64,000 nucleotides of DNA from Macrostomum lignano (taxonomy: Eukaryota), in contig NIVC01001790.1 in the NCBI GenBank assembly GCA_002269645.1, positions 37,611-101,610 of the forward strand, read 5' to 3'. Shown piece after piece: positions 1 through 11,074 of the stretch. Both the position numbers and the translations under genes were made by a program. Every line of letters starts with the position of its first letter. The first letter of the stretch is position 1. A model generated the notes under the pieces. That model did no database searches. It saw only the letters and a list, made by a program, of their open reading frames with translations, and was not told the origin of the DNA.

Positions 1-764
1 TTTAGAGGTAATGTGAACTTGATTTGTTAATCTTCTATGTTAGGCTATTATAGTATTAGTAGGCCTAGCCTAACCTAATAATTTGATACAAACAGTTTTA
101 GAGAATTGTAGGCCTATGTTAAAAATGAAACTTGTTATCATCTTAACTTAAATTTGAATGTATATTGTAAAAAAGTCAATAGAAAAACTTAAAATAGGTC
201 TATTCTTTATGACTTTATTTTAGGGCTAATACTATTAGTATTAAGCCTAGTATGAGTAATGAGTAGGCCTAATGACCTATGGAGTCATGCAAAATTTATA
301 CTATGATTATAAGTATGATGAGTTATGACATTATTAAACAGCCTGTTAAAGTCAAAGAGCATATTAAAGAGAATAATACAATTGGCAATTTTTTTAAACC
401 TGCTCTGAAACCGGATCAGGGTTCATTTAAGTTCATTCGTTGAATTGTTCAACTTCTTCGTTAAACTATTTCGCTTAACAAAAAACTGATTCAATTATTT
501 AAAAAAATATTTAAACGAGCTCAAAATTTAATCTCACTTTAAACAAAAACAAGCAAAAAATAACAACCATTAAACTAAAAACTATTTAGTTTCAGTACTT
601 GATATATAACTAGAGGTTTGTTGAATTTTTAAATGTCCAGCTGTTACTGGCTTTTTAGCATTCTAATACATACCTTACAATAATGACGACTTCATCTTTT
701 TCAGCAGTTATTGTACTTCTTCGCTTTCTTGCCATTTTTTTAACTGGCTTCAATGATTCATTTC

Positions 765-2763
765 CAGTGTTGGGCAAGTTACTCTGAAAAAGTAACTTGC
801 CTTCACTTAACTTCAGGTTAAGTAACTTCCGGTTCCATTGTTCCAAGGAAAGTAACTTCCGGCACTTGTTCCGGTACCGGTACTTTTTAAAAAAGTAACT
901 TCCGATACTTGCGTTACCGGTCCTTTCCAATATTTTAAGAACCGCCAATTAAAAAGTACTTAAACATGTCTCTGTGAAAAAAACAAAAACATGTGTGGGT
1001 CTAGAGTTAAACATGATGTTATTCCACAAATAAAAGATGCTACTACATAATGTTTTTGTTATTATCGCGTCCAAAATTTGAGTGAATAAATAACACCTTT
1101 ACAAAACAAAGATTACTGTACATCAGGACGATTCGCATAAAAAATTTGGAGGCTGATTTTCAAATATTGATTCTGACTCTTCAGAAGTGTGTATGGAGAT
1201 AATTTTTGTCCAATAGATGTGTCACAATGATCAAAGTAGAATACTTCAGGCGACTCTTAGTTTGTGTGGGCCATTCTCTTGTCTTGACTTACTTTGACTT
1301 AGCTGCAGGGGGCGTCCGGCGGATGCAGCGAGGAGGCGGAGGAGAATGCCCATTTCGCTAGCCCCTGGCGACCAATGACTTCCGTTGAATTGATGTCGCT
1401 CAGGGGGACCCGTCGGTCTCGCCTGCAGCGCGGTCCTCCTCACCGGCGGTGGGGAAGAAGTCAGCTCGTCCCGTGTCCCTGAGGTACCGGCGAGCAGCGG
1501 GATGCTCTCGGGCCTGCAAACGTCGGAGAGAACCGGGTTTGGCCCGAGGTGAGTGAGCCTGGCCCTGGTGAAAACCGGGCAGTGGCAGATAAAATGCTCG
1601 GCGTTTTCACTGCCTGAGCGGCAGAAGGGGCACCGCTCCTCGGGTACTTGGCCCTGAAGGAAGCGGTGGCGAGAGAAGCAGCCATGCCCGGAGAGGGCCA
1701 TTCTGACTGCTCTGAGGTCTCTGCGGTTGAGCCTGAGGAGGGCTCTACGCAGGAGAGGAGAGGGGCAGGGGACGGCCGCACGGGATTGCCTACAATTCCG
1801 GTGTCGTGCCACCTGCGGAGATGCTCGGAATCAGTCCAGCGCTTAACGCGGGAATTGATCACCGAGGCGGGGATGGGGGCTCCCGGGCCCGGCCCCAGCA
1901 GCGCGCCGGCGGAGCCAGCCTTGGCCAGCCATTCTCTTGTCGCCCTACTATATATATAGTATTGTGCTGTAGTTTTACAGCAGCTATATTTTTACAGTAG
2001 TTTAAGTAGACTTTTGTACTACTGACTCATTTAGAATCAATACTCTGCATGGGAGCCTTAGAAATGCCAGTTAACAGTACCGGACAACAAATGGCTAGAA
2101 TTTGATAGATGGACCAATGCGCAAGACTTTAAAATAACTTCATTATAGTGCCTTTGCGCTGCAAATTAGAAAATTAAAATTAGCCTCTCAAAAGAGTTAA
2201 AACTCAAAACCTTCTTAGATTGCATCACTCGTGTCGTCCTGCACGAACATCGAAATGAAGAAATCGGCCTTCAAAAAATGTTCCACGAATCACGAGTGTA
2301 GCGTCCTGAAGTACTGCTATAGTTATGCTTGTTAGAAAAATCGCAAGGAGTTGTTAAATAAGGATGTTTCTTGTGTTTCTTGTGTCTTGTTACAGCATTA
2401 GTAGCTCGTACCAATTTAATTACTTCATTCCATGATTCTATATGATGCTTAAAATGTGATTTAACTTAAAAAGTAAAAAACCACATGATCTAAGGTAATT
2501 TTTTTTACCTTTGTATAATTTTACTACGAGTATTTTGGTGAAAGTTGTGCGCTTTTGGGAAATATTTAGTGCTAAATTGACTGTGTTTGGCACCTAAAAT
2601 TTCATGTTCAAGTACCGGAGGAACGGATCGACTTATCAAAAAGTAACTTCCGTTGCCGAAGTCCGGCATTTAAAAAAAAAACCGGACAAAAGTGCCGCTC
2701 TAAAAAAAGGAACTTCCGGTACTAAAAGTGCCGGAAGTGCCAGAACTTTGCCTAATAACACTG
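765..2763. mobile_element. Non-autonomous hAT-type DNA transposon (~2.0 kb, including a nested LINE fragment)
   Basis: Imperfect TIRs CAGTGTTGGGCAAGTT (765) and reverse complement CAGTGTTATTAGGCAAAGTT (ending 2763). Exact 8-bp flanking duplication TTCATTTC at 757-764 and 2764-2771. Repeated subterminal AAGTAACTTCCG motifs at both ends. No transposase ORF. Confidence 0.8.
1284..1927 (-). mobile_element. 5'-truncated non-LTR retrotransposon (LOA/R1/I-group-like C-terminus) inserted in the hAT element
   Basis: ORF 1246..1812 encodes [20 protein letters not shown]...[19 protein letters not shown], the CCHC zinc-finger tail typical of RNase H-bearing LINEs. Flanked by exact 14-bp TSD GCCATTCTCTTGTC (1270-1283 and 1928-1941). 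Short AAGTCAA-type repeat tail at the 3' end. Confidence 0.8.
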
Positions 2764-3693
2764 TTCATTTCTGACAAGATAAGAATCTATTAAACACTTT
2801 TTTCTTAGACAGAATTTCTGTAAATCTTGACAATGCTGCGACCGGTAACTACATGTAAATTAATCAATTATTGTGCAGTAATAATTCATTAATTAACCAG
2901 CGGCCGCCGACGTCACCGAGGTATACAACGTCAATAGAAGTCTACGGCGAACTAGCATTTGTGTAACAGACTAATTAACAGATGCTACAGTACAAAAACT
3001 TTTTTAATTTTACATATTTTTCTACAATATTTATTGCTTTCTGTCGCACACATGCGTACATGTAACATCGATGTAATGACATACATGTACGTACTAACAT
3101 TTGTCTAACGCGCTCGCTGGACATCAGCGTAATGTACTGCGTGAAAGTACTCATCGACGTCGCAGCTGATCTCGGAAAGCATCTCAGACATCGACATGCG
3201 ACATCATTATTCAGGTTGCATGATATGGGATCACGTACTGTTACGTGTACATATGTGATATTGCAGTACATATATCCTATTGTAATTATTCTATCAGTGG
3301 TCGACCCTTGTTTCATATATTTAAGGTGGATTGAGTGGATCCAGCCAGGGCCGGCAGGGACGCAATTGGCCCAGCAGAGTGGAAAGGAGATAAACGTACT
3401 GCCCTGCCCGTACACTATTTAATTCCCTTGTTGGGCCTTGGGATCTTTTCTATGCTGTTCTGAGTAATGTACGCTCGTACATGCTTTTAGATCTAGCCAA
3501 ATACTGTATCGGTCACGCTATTAACACTCAACAGGGGGCGAAATGCTCAAAGAGAATGGCACCTGCGATTTTTAATCATCGTAAAACACAATGTAACGTT
3601 CAAATCATTTCTCTCTCGATTTCTCTCTCGAGTATGTATTTCGCCAAAACAGACTTATATGCGGCACAAAGTTGTCTTCAATAACCAATTTTG

Positions 3694-5720
3694 TCAAGCC
3701 CGCTGCGGCTGCAGCAGCACTTTAGAAGCCTGGCCATCTCGCATTAGCTGCAGTCCTTTTGAAAACTCCTCTATAGGTAGCTTTTTAATTCCCAACAGCT
3801 CCAGGCTAAGACCGTCGATGCAGGACAGCTCGCCTAGCAGGCCGATCGCCTCTGGCAGGGTGTACCTACTGGCGCAGGCGGACAGCACCGTGAGCTCCTT
3901 GAAGAACGCCGCCAGCGGTTCGAGCGTCAACTGGCTATCCACGTTGCCGATACCCAGCAGGAGGATGCGGCCGCTATTGCCGGCCACCTCGCAGGCGAGC
4001 GAACCGGCCGCTGGTGAGCCGCTACACTCGACAACGACGTCGAACGGCTTTAGTTTGGCCACCTCCTCCGGGCTGCAGGCGGTGAGGCCGCTAATCGCTC
4101 GGCCCAGGCCTTCAACTAGGCGGCGTCGTTGGGCGTTTGGCTCGCTCACCGTCACTCGAGCGACGCCGCGTCGACGCAGAGCAATGCAGGCCAGCAGGCC
4201 GATGATGCCGGCGCCGGCTACGAGAGCTCGGCTGGTGCCAGGCAGGTGGCCTAGGCGGTTCAGGCCGTTGAGAACGCAGGAGAGCGGCTCGGCTAGAGCT
4301 GCCCAGTCGGCTGGTGGCGACTTGAGAGTTTCAATAATAAAGATCGAGTTATACGTGTTATACTTTTCAATAACTCAACTACCAAGGTCTTCCATGTGGA
4401 ACTATTGTAATCTCAGCTACATGTACATTTGAAGTAATCTGCGTTTTAAAGGGTTATATCTAGATGTATGATATCTATGTATGATATTTGTCTTTGCTGG
4501 AGTGTCTGCTTTTTTAGGCAATGTTATCATCCTTGAGGGGCTTTGGAGGGGATGGCTCCCACCTTGGAAGGGTTTAATTTGTCTCTGTCCTTGGAAAGGC
4601 GTGTCTTTATCCTTGGAAAGGTGTGTCTCTGTCCTTGGAATGGCGTGTCATTTCCTTGGAAGGCTGTCTTTATCTTTGAAAGGGTGTGTCTATCCTTGGA
4701 AGGGTGTGTCTTTATCCTTAAAAGGGTGTCTGTCCTTGGAAGGGTGTGTCTCTGTCCTTGGAAAGGCGTGTTTCTATCCTTGGAAGGGTGTGTCTTAATT
4801 TTTGAAAAGGTTTCTGTCCTTGGAAGGTTAAATCTCCGTCCTTGGAAATGAGTCTGTCATTGAAACTAAGGTTGTGTCGATCCCTTCATGGAAAGGTGTG
4901 TCTCTGTCCTTGGAAGGGTGAGTCTCTGTACTTGGGGTGTCTGTCCTTTTAATGGTGTGTCTCCCTCTTTGGAAGGGTGTGTCTTCTTCCTTGGGAGTGG
5001 TGCCCATCTTTTTTGTTTTTCCTCATTGTTTCTGGTGCAGAAGAAAGTTTTGACTATACTGGATTCGATATGCGTTAATGTTATTCTCATTGGGGACATA
5101 AACAAATGTTATTCCTGGAGTAATAGTTTATAAGATTAATCTACAGTTTTTACCTGTCCGCCCGAGTAGCGATCAACCGGATGAATCCTGTCCAACGGTA
5201 CCTCAAGCACTGATTGCCAAGTGCCGTTAACGTTCAGCCCAATAAAGCTTGAAAAATATTCGTCGCACTGATTGTATCTGTAGATAAAAAAGATATTTGA
5301 TGTTAGAGAGCCTACTTCAAAGATTTAAAAGGCATCTTTTTGGTCTTTGGAAGTTCATGGCACAAACCTGCCATCCCTGCACTGCCTACAGCTGCCGCAC
5401 TGTCCCACCGGTTGCAGCACCATCAGTTCTCCAATCTTGATTGATTGCTTCGCAGCTTCGTCCTCGTCGTCGGCTAATTGAATCACGTGACCCGAAGCTT
5501 CGTGTCCGAGAACTCGAGGCTCTCGACCAGTAATAAGTGAGCCAGTGCCGCGACCAGATAGAACATGCAGGTCGGTGCCGCAGACTCCGGCATGAGAGAT
5601 GCTCACCAAAGCGTGTCCGCGTCGAGGCTTTGTTGGCACCGGGAGCTCACAGAGCGACACCGTGCCAGCTTCGTTTGGCTCGGAACTCGAAGGCGGGGTG
5701 TATTGAACAGCTTTTTGCAT
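3694..5720 (-). CDS. Zn-dependent medium-chain alcohol dehydrogenase (sorbitol/threonine dehydrogenase-like), 3 exons, ~367 aa
   Basis: Exons 5720-5368, 5277-5154 and 4320-3694 join in frame through GT-AG introns (1104 nt). Motifs: GVCGTDLH, GHE, structural Zn CGSCRQC-x7-C, AEPLS, Rossmann VAGAGIIG. Confidence 0.9.
4540..5000. repeat. Degenerate ~19-20 bp minisatellite in ADH intron 2
   Basis: Recurrent CCTTGGAAGGGTGTGTCT(C/T)T units. Confidence 0.8.
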
Positions 5721-6023
5721 GTTGCTAGAGCCTTTTGCTTAGTTGGTTTGCTTGGTGTATAGGACTTAGGGGTGTGGATCTGCTGTAGCAAGATTTTTTA
5801 GAACCAGCTTATATCAGTCTTATGTTTCCAGGGGCTTGGGTTCGACTGATAAGATCTGCAGAATACTTATTAACAAAGTCACGAGGCACCTGAGCCTATG
5901 CTTAGTTGTAGTTTTCCTATGCCCGCGTTTATCCATGTTGGCTCGTACGACGCACACCTGTATTAAACACTGTCGTATTGAAAAATTGTCCATTCTTATC
6001 TCCACGATAAACTTAACTCGGTT

Positions 6024-6587
6024 TGTAACCGCAAACTGAGTGTACTCGTGAATTGTATTCTGGTCATACAGTCGAACAACAGCAACAGCCAGTATCTGAT
6101 ACTTTACGCTTGTAAATTAAATTTTAGATGTAGGGTAATATCTATAACAACAACGAGTACAAAAAGACAAGAAAAACAACAACAAAGTACGCAGTTCCCC
6201 AATAAGTCAGTGGAGGGAGCGTCAGATGGAGAGCACCGAAGCTCAGGATGCAGTCCACGTATCTCCGGGTACTCGCTTGACCCCGCCTGAACGGTCCCGG
6301 CAAAGTGAGCAGCCCGTTCATCCGTCCTGGACAATCATTTTCTAAATTTATAAACGTTTCTTAAATGTGCTTCACATGTACAGCATTTGACGTCTCTGGC
6401 TTTGAAATCAAGTGTGTATTTGGGATGGCTGTGTGTCTTTTAGTCTCTCTTCTCTGTCACGAAAGACTTGCAGCACATCATTGGAGTTTGTATTGTTTCC
6501 AGGGTCAAAACGACTCAGTAAAGCGAGATGCAATTAACAAGAGAGCAGTCCCCAGCCCCAACGGCACAAATCAAACGCAATCTCACA
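6024..6587 (-). mobile_element. Candidate 3' LTR of the Gypsy remnant
   Basis: On the minus strand a polypurine tract GGGGAAGGTAG is immediately followed by TGTGAGA at 6587. A plausible ...GTTACA end lies at 6024. The distal boundary is uncertain and there is no second LTR in the window to compare. Confidence 0.4.
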
Positions 6588-8084
6588 CTACCTTCCCCAA
6601 GAAAAACAAGGGATAAAAAACGGAATTAAAACAAAAGGAAGGACAACAAGAAAGTTGATGCAACGCCAAATAAGTCCTAATCAAGCAACGGACAGAAAGC
6701 TCGTCAACAGGTCGCCGTGTAAAAATCCGGCCGCAGTCGCTGCCTGCCCAACCGGCGTACCGCGTTGCCGGGTTCAGCCGCGTCCGGTCACGCAGCTGCT
6801 CCCAGGCTAACCAGCTGATCCGCGGAGTCCTCGGCGCTCTAAAATTCGTCCTCGGTGGCTGGCTTGGCTGACGGCCTGTCGCTCAGATTCGAACGATCGA
6901 TAAAGCGCTTCAAACGGTCATGGTGGGCCAGCAACCGTCGCCTGCCGTTCACGGCCTGCAGCTGGTAGTTCACCGGGCCGACCTTTTTAAGGACTATGAA
7001 CGGGCCGGACCACCGGTTCGACAGCGTCTTGCACTGGCAGCGCTTCATCGCCTGGTGCGTCAGCATCGCTCGGACACAGGTCTGGAAGTCGGTAGTATCT
7101 GCCCTTAGATTGCAGAGCTCTTGCTGCGATCTCTGAGCCGTGTGCAGGTGCACCCGCACTAACTGGAAGCCGCGCCTGATTCTCGTCTGCAGGTCCGCGA
7201 AGTCCTAAGGATGGTCGCGCTGCCCACCGAGCGCCAAGTCGACCGGCAGTCTGGGCTCCATGCCGCGTAGAACTTTGAGCGGCGACTCGCCCGTGGAGCT
7301 GTGCTCAGAACTGTTGCAGTAGGCCCACAAGATGTAGGGCAGCAGGGCGTCCCAGGTGGCCTGGTTCTCCGAGCAGAATCCCGAGAGCATGTTGCCCAGC
7401 GTCCTATTGAATTTCTCGACGCTTCCGTTGCCGCTGGGGTGAAACGGTGAGGTCCTCAATTTTTCTGCTCCGAGCAGTGCGCAGGTCTGCTTGAAAACTT
7501 TGGCCTCGAACTGGCGACCTTGGTCCGAGTGCACGACCTCCGGAACTCCGTGCCGCAGCATCACGCAGATCACCAGAGCCTCGGCTACCGTATTGGCGTC
7601 GATCTGGCTGAGGGCCGCCGCCTCCACCCACTTTGAAAGCGTGTCGACAAAGCAGAGGATGTAGTTCTTGCCTAACTTGATTTGCATGACAGCCCACGGC
7701 TTGGCCGGTAGCGGCTGCCGCACCAGCTCAGCGCATGCTCCCTTCGGCGCTTCCTTACGGCGTTTCCAGATTAGGCAGCCCCGAACCCAGTCCCGCACAT
7801 CCTCGCGCATGTCCGGTCATCAGAAACGCTCGCGCAGGCCCGCAGCAACCCCCCCCCACGCTGTCTGAGTTGACCTGCGCTCGGCCGGTCGTGCGCCTGT
7901 TGCAGCAGTTGCCCTCACATGTGCAGGGGAATCGCCGGCAACCCCTTGTGGAGCAGTGCGCTGTCCGGTGACAGCTGTGGCGAACCACGTGTAAAACCTG
8001 GTCCTGGTCTTGCTTGTCAGGCAAATTAGTAATCTGGAACTGCAGCGTCGCTGCTCCAGCCTGAAGACTTCACTTTAGCACACT
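6588..8084 (-). mobile_element. Ty3/Gypsy LTR retrotransposon remnant (decayed integrase region)
   Basis: RERF.WPDMREDVRDWVRGC (H2C2 region), rve core YILCFVDTLSKW...VHSDQGRQFE...TSPFHPSGNGSVEKFNRTL, and GPF motif (WSGPFIVLKKVGPVNY). In-frame TAG at 7207-7205. The segment that normally carries the first catalytic Asp appears deleted. Confidence 0.9.
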
Positions 8085-8086
8085 AG

Positions 8087-8416
8087 AGAGAGAGGGAGAG
8101 AGAGAGAGAGAGGAGGGCGCCTCCAATCTCAGGCACGGACGCGGTACATGTAAAAAGGACAAACAAGTCAAGATGATTTAAGTTGCCGATATTTCGAATT
8201 AGGTAAATTCTTCGTCAGGGCAAATGAAAAGTAGCGACAAGTGGTGTTGTAAAAGTTATTAAATAGGCGGGTTAGAGGGGAGAGAGAGTAGGCAGGTAGA
8301 TAGAGAGCGTACGGTATGTACACTTGGTGTGAGTCGATAAAACACTATTAGAGTTGAAAATGCAAAATAAAAAACAGTGCACAAATAAAGTGAACCGCAC
8401 GTGGGCTGCAGCGATC
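8087..8416 (-). repeat. PLE 3' terminal direct repeat (pLTR)
   Basis: Matches 13231-13560 with no mismatch seen by eye, from the AG-rich tract to GCTGCAGCGATC. Confidence 0.9.
8183..8223 (-). ncRNA. Minimal type I hammerhead ribozyme in the 3' pLTR
   Basis: UUGCC-CUGACGA-A-GAAUU(uaccu)AAUUC-GAAA-UAUC-GGCAA: stem I UUGCC/GGCAA, conserved core CUGANGA and GAAA, 5-bp stem II, palindromic minimal stem III. Predicted cleavage after AUC (between 8188 and 8187). Confidence 0.85.
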
Positions 8417-8831
8417 CTACACACGAAATAAATAATGGAATAGTGCGACTGCACCGGTGTCTAAAAAGGGGAAAGAGTGACTCTAAGCACTTTACAAAAT
8501 TGACCTCAATAAATAAATAAGCAGTAAATCAATAAATAAATAAATAAATAAGGTGAAAGGCCCTCAAAAACTTAAAAAAGAGCAATTGTACGATAAGCAA
8601 AAGAGTAAAAGTAAAAAGTGTAATAAAAAGTACAGGGTGTCAAGAAACAATAGAAATGTTGATGCAGAATAAATGCTGAGAATATACAAAAGCTGTGCTT
8701 GGGCTAGCGATGAGAATAAAAAAATTTCTAAGAAAGGAGCAACAAAAGGCTTGGTAGGTACCGGCACGGTCTGACAAAGGTAAGTAGAAGGGAAAGTGAA
8801 GTAAAAAATCAAAAGGAAAAAATACAAAAAT

Positions 8832-11074
8832 TCAATCAGTGGTGGACTCCAGTCGACTGGGACAGAGCAGCTGCCGGAGGTTCCGCCCTTTGGTGTAGGC
8901 GGGCAGCACCGGCGCCTCGCAGCACCGGGCCACGCGGCCCTTCACCGCGGCCACCAGGGCGTCCGACCTCGCACAATGGGGCAGGATCAGCGGGATGGCC
9001 GGGTTGTGCAGCGTGCCGGCAAGCTCGTTGACGCCGTGCGGGGTTTGAGTCTTTAACACCTCGATGAGCTTGGCCTCGTGGCGCTGCCGCCGCTCGTTCG
9101 CTCTGGGTCCCGTGCCGTCACGAGACCAGATGCCGGTGAAGGCGAAGTCCGCCAGACTGTGGCCATCACTGGTGAAATGGCGGGCCACCGGAGTGTCACG
9201 GGCGTGCCGGATGTCGCCGATGTGCGCCAGCATGCGGCCGCGGATGCTGTTGGCGGTCTCGCCTACGTAGATCGTGTGGTCGCACCGGCGGCAGAACACG
9301 GCATAGACGGCGTTGGTGGCGTTGCAGTCGATCCGCTGACTGATGATGAGCTGGACTGTCGTGGCTGCTGATCCGGGGCAGACGGAGGCGAACCTGGCGT
9401 GTGCCTGGCAGCACCTGCACAGCCGGGTCGGGTTGCACGGCAGAAAGCCGAATTCCCACCGTCTCGTCGGGTAGAAGCCCAGCTCCGTCAGCATCTCGTA
9501 CTTGATCGTGCGCAGGAACCGCCGATTGTAGCCCTGGTGTTGCACCAGACTTGAAAACAGCCCGGTGCACGCTGCGTCGAATCGGCCATCAGGGAACACC
9601 GCCGGGCGTATCTGAGGAGCTGGGACTTCACCACGCCCCGGAACGTCCGCTTCGGGTGGAAAGAGTCGCGGTGAATGAGCGTTCGGCTGTCGGTCGGCTT
9701 AAAATACACCTTAGTTGCCAGGCGCTTAACGTCACCCTCGCGGTCCCAGAAGACGGTGGTATCCAGGAAGTTGACCTCGGTGCTGCTGTAGCTCAGCTGC
9801 AACCTGATGTTCGGGTCGAGGCCATCCAGGAGCTCGTGGAAGCGGACCAGCTCGTCTCTCGTTCCGTGCCAGACGCCGAAGATGTCGTCGATGTAGCGCA
9901 GCCACAGGGCGGGCTTCTGCGGGCTGAGCTCCAGGCCCCGCTGCTCCCAGTAGCCCATGTAGATGTTACTGTAGCTGGGCGCAAACGATTTTCCCATGGC
10001 CGTGCCTTTCACTTGCAGAAAAAATTTGCCATCGAACTCGAAGTCGTTGCGCTCCAGGTTCAGCTTGAGCAAACTGAGGAGGCTCGCGTCCGGGCGCCGG
10101 GCGTCCGGGTGCTCTCTGAAGGCCCTCTGTACGCACTCGAGTCCGGCCGCGGTCGGGATGTTAGTGTAAAGGCTGGCGACGTCCATGGTGAACAGAAAGG
10201 TCTCGCCCCGCGCCGGGCAGGTGATGTCTCTGATGGCCGCCTGGAAATGATCGGTATCCCTGATGAAGCTGGGCAGCTGGATGACGATCGGCTGCAGGAA
10301 GCTGTCGATGAAGCGGCCGCTGGCATATGATTCGCTGTCCACGTCAGACACGATGGGCCGGCCTGGCGGGATGTCGCCGAGCGGCCACGACTCGGCAGGC
10401 TTGTGAATCTTTGGCAGGATGTAAAAGCGTCGCGTCCGGAACTCCTCCTTCGGACAGAAGGCGGTGAACTGGCGTTTGTCGATAAGCCTGCGGTCCAGTA
10501 GCGACTGGAAGACGGCGCGGATTCTCTGGGCCGTGAAGCGGTTGATCGGCTCGTTCAGAGGCCGGTAGAAGGCCGGGTCGTCCAGCTGACGCAGGCATTC
10601 ACGGACATAGTCCTGCCGGTCCAGGATGACCAGCTGGCTGCCCTTGTCGGCCGGCTTGATGACGATGGACTTGTCTGCCCGTAGATCTCGCAGTGCCTTC
10701 GCCTCCGCCTGACTGATGTTAGGAGCGTTCCTGCAGTCCCGGATGTTCTCCCTGACGTCGTCCAGCTCCGCCAGAGCGGCTTGAATTTCGGGCCGGAGGC
10801 GGCTCGGATCGATGCTGGCCGTTGGGCGGCGGGGAAGCGGCGGACCGTCGTTCACCGTCAGTTCGCGCTTGAAGCCGCGAGCCGCCGACACGGCCAGACG
10901 CTCGCCAAAGTCGCGGACGCCGGACGCCAGTGACTCCGCCGAGGTGCACCGAGGAGCCACTACGAAGGACTGGCCGCGCTCCAGCAGTTGCAGTTCAGTC
11001 GGTGCGAGAGCGCGGCTGGAGAGGTTCGTCACCCTCAGTTGGGGGGGCCCATGGCTCGCCCCCGGCCCGCTCAG
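8832..11074 (-). CDS. PLE ORF2: reverse transcriptase plus GIY-YIG endonuclease (one apparent 1-nt deletion at ~9580, no 5' AUG)
   Basis: ORFs 9488..11032 and 8832..9599 join into RYARRCSLMADFDAACTGLF if one T is restored in GATT(T)CGAC. The frame is open back to a TGA at 11125-11123 without any ATG. Confidence 0.85.

Noticed and set aside
2880-3690. Short ORFs and a CAGGGCCGGC hAT-like end between the hAT element and ADH
   Set aside because: No matching second TIR or TSD, and the ORFs lack motifs.
11035-11073. Selenocysteine or readthrough decoding of the ORF1 TGA, as reported for some PLE clades
   Set aside because: Readthrough adds only 11 codons before another TGA at 11037 and does not enter the RT frame.
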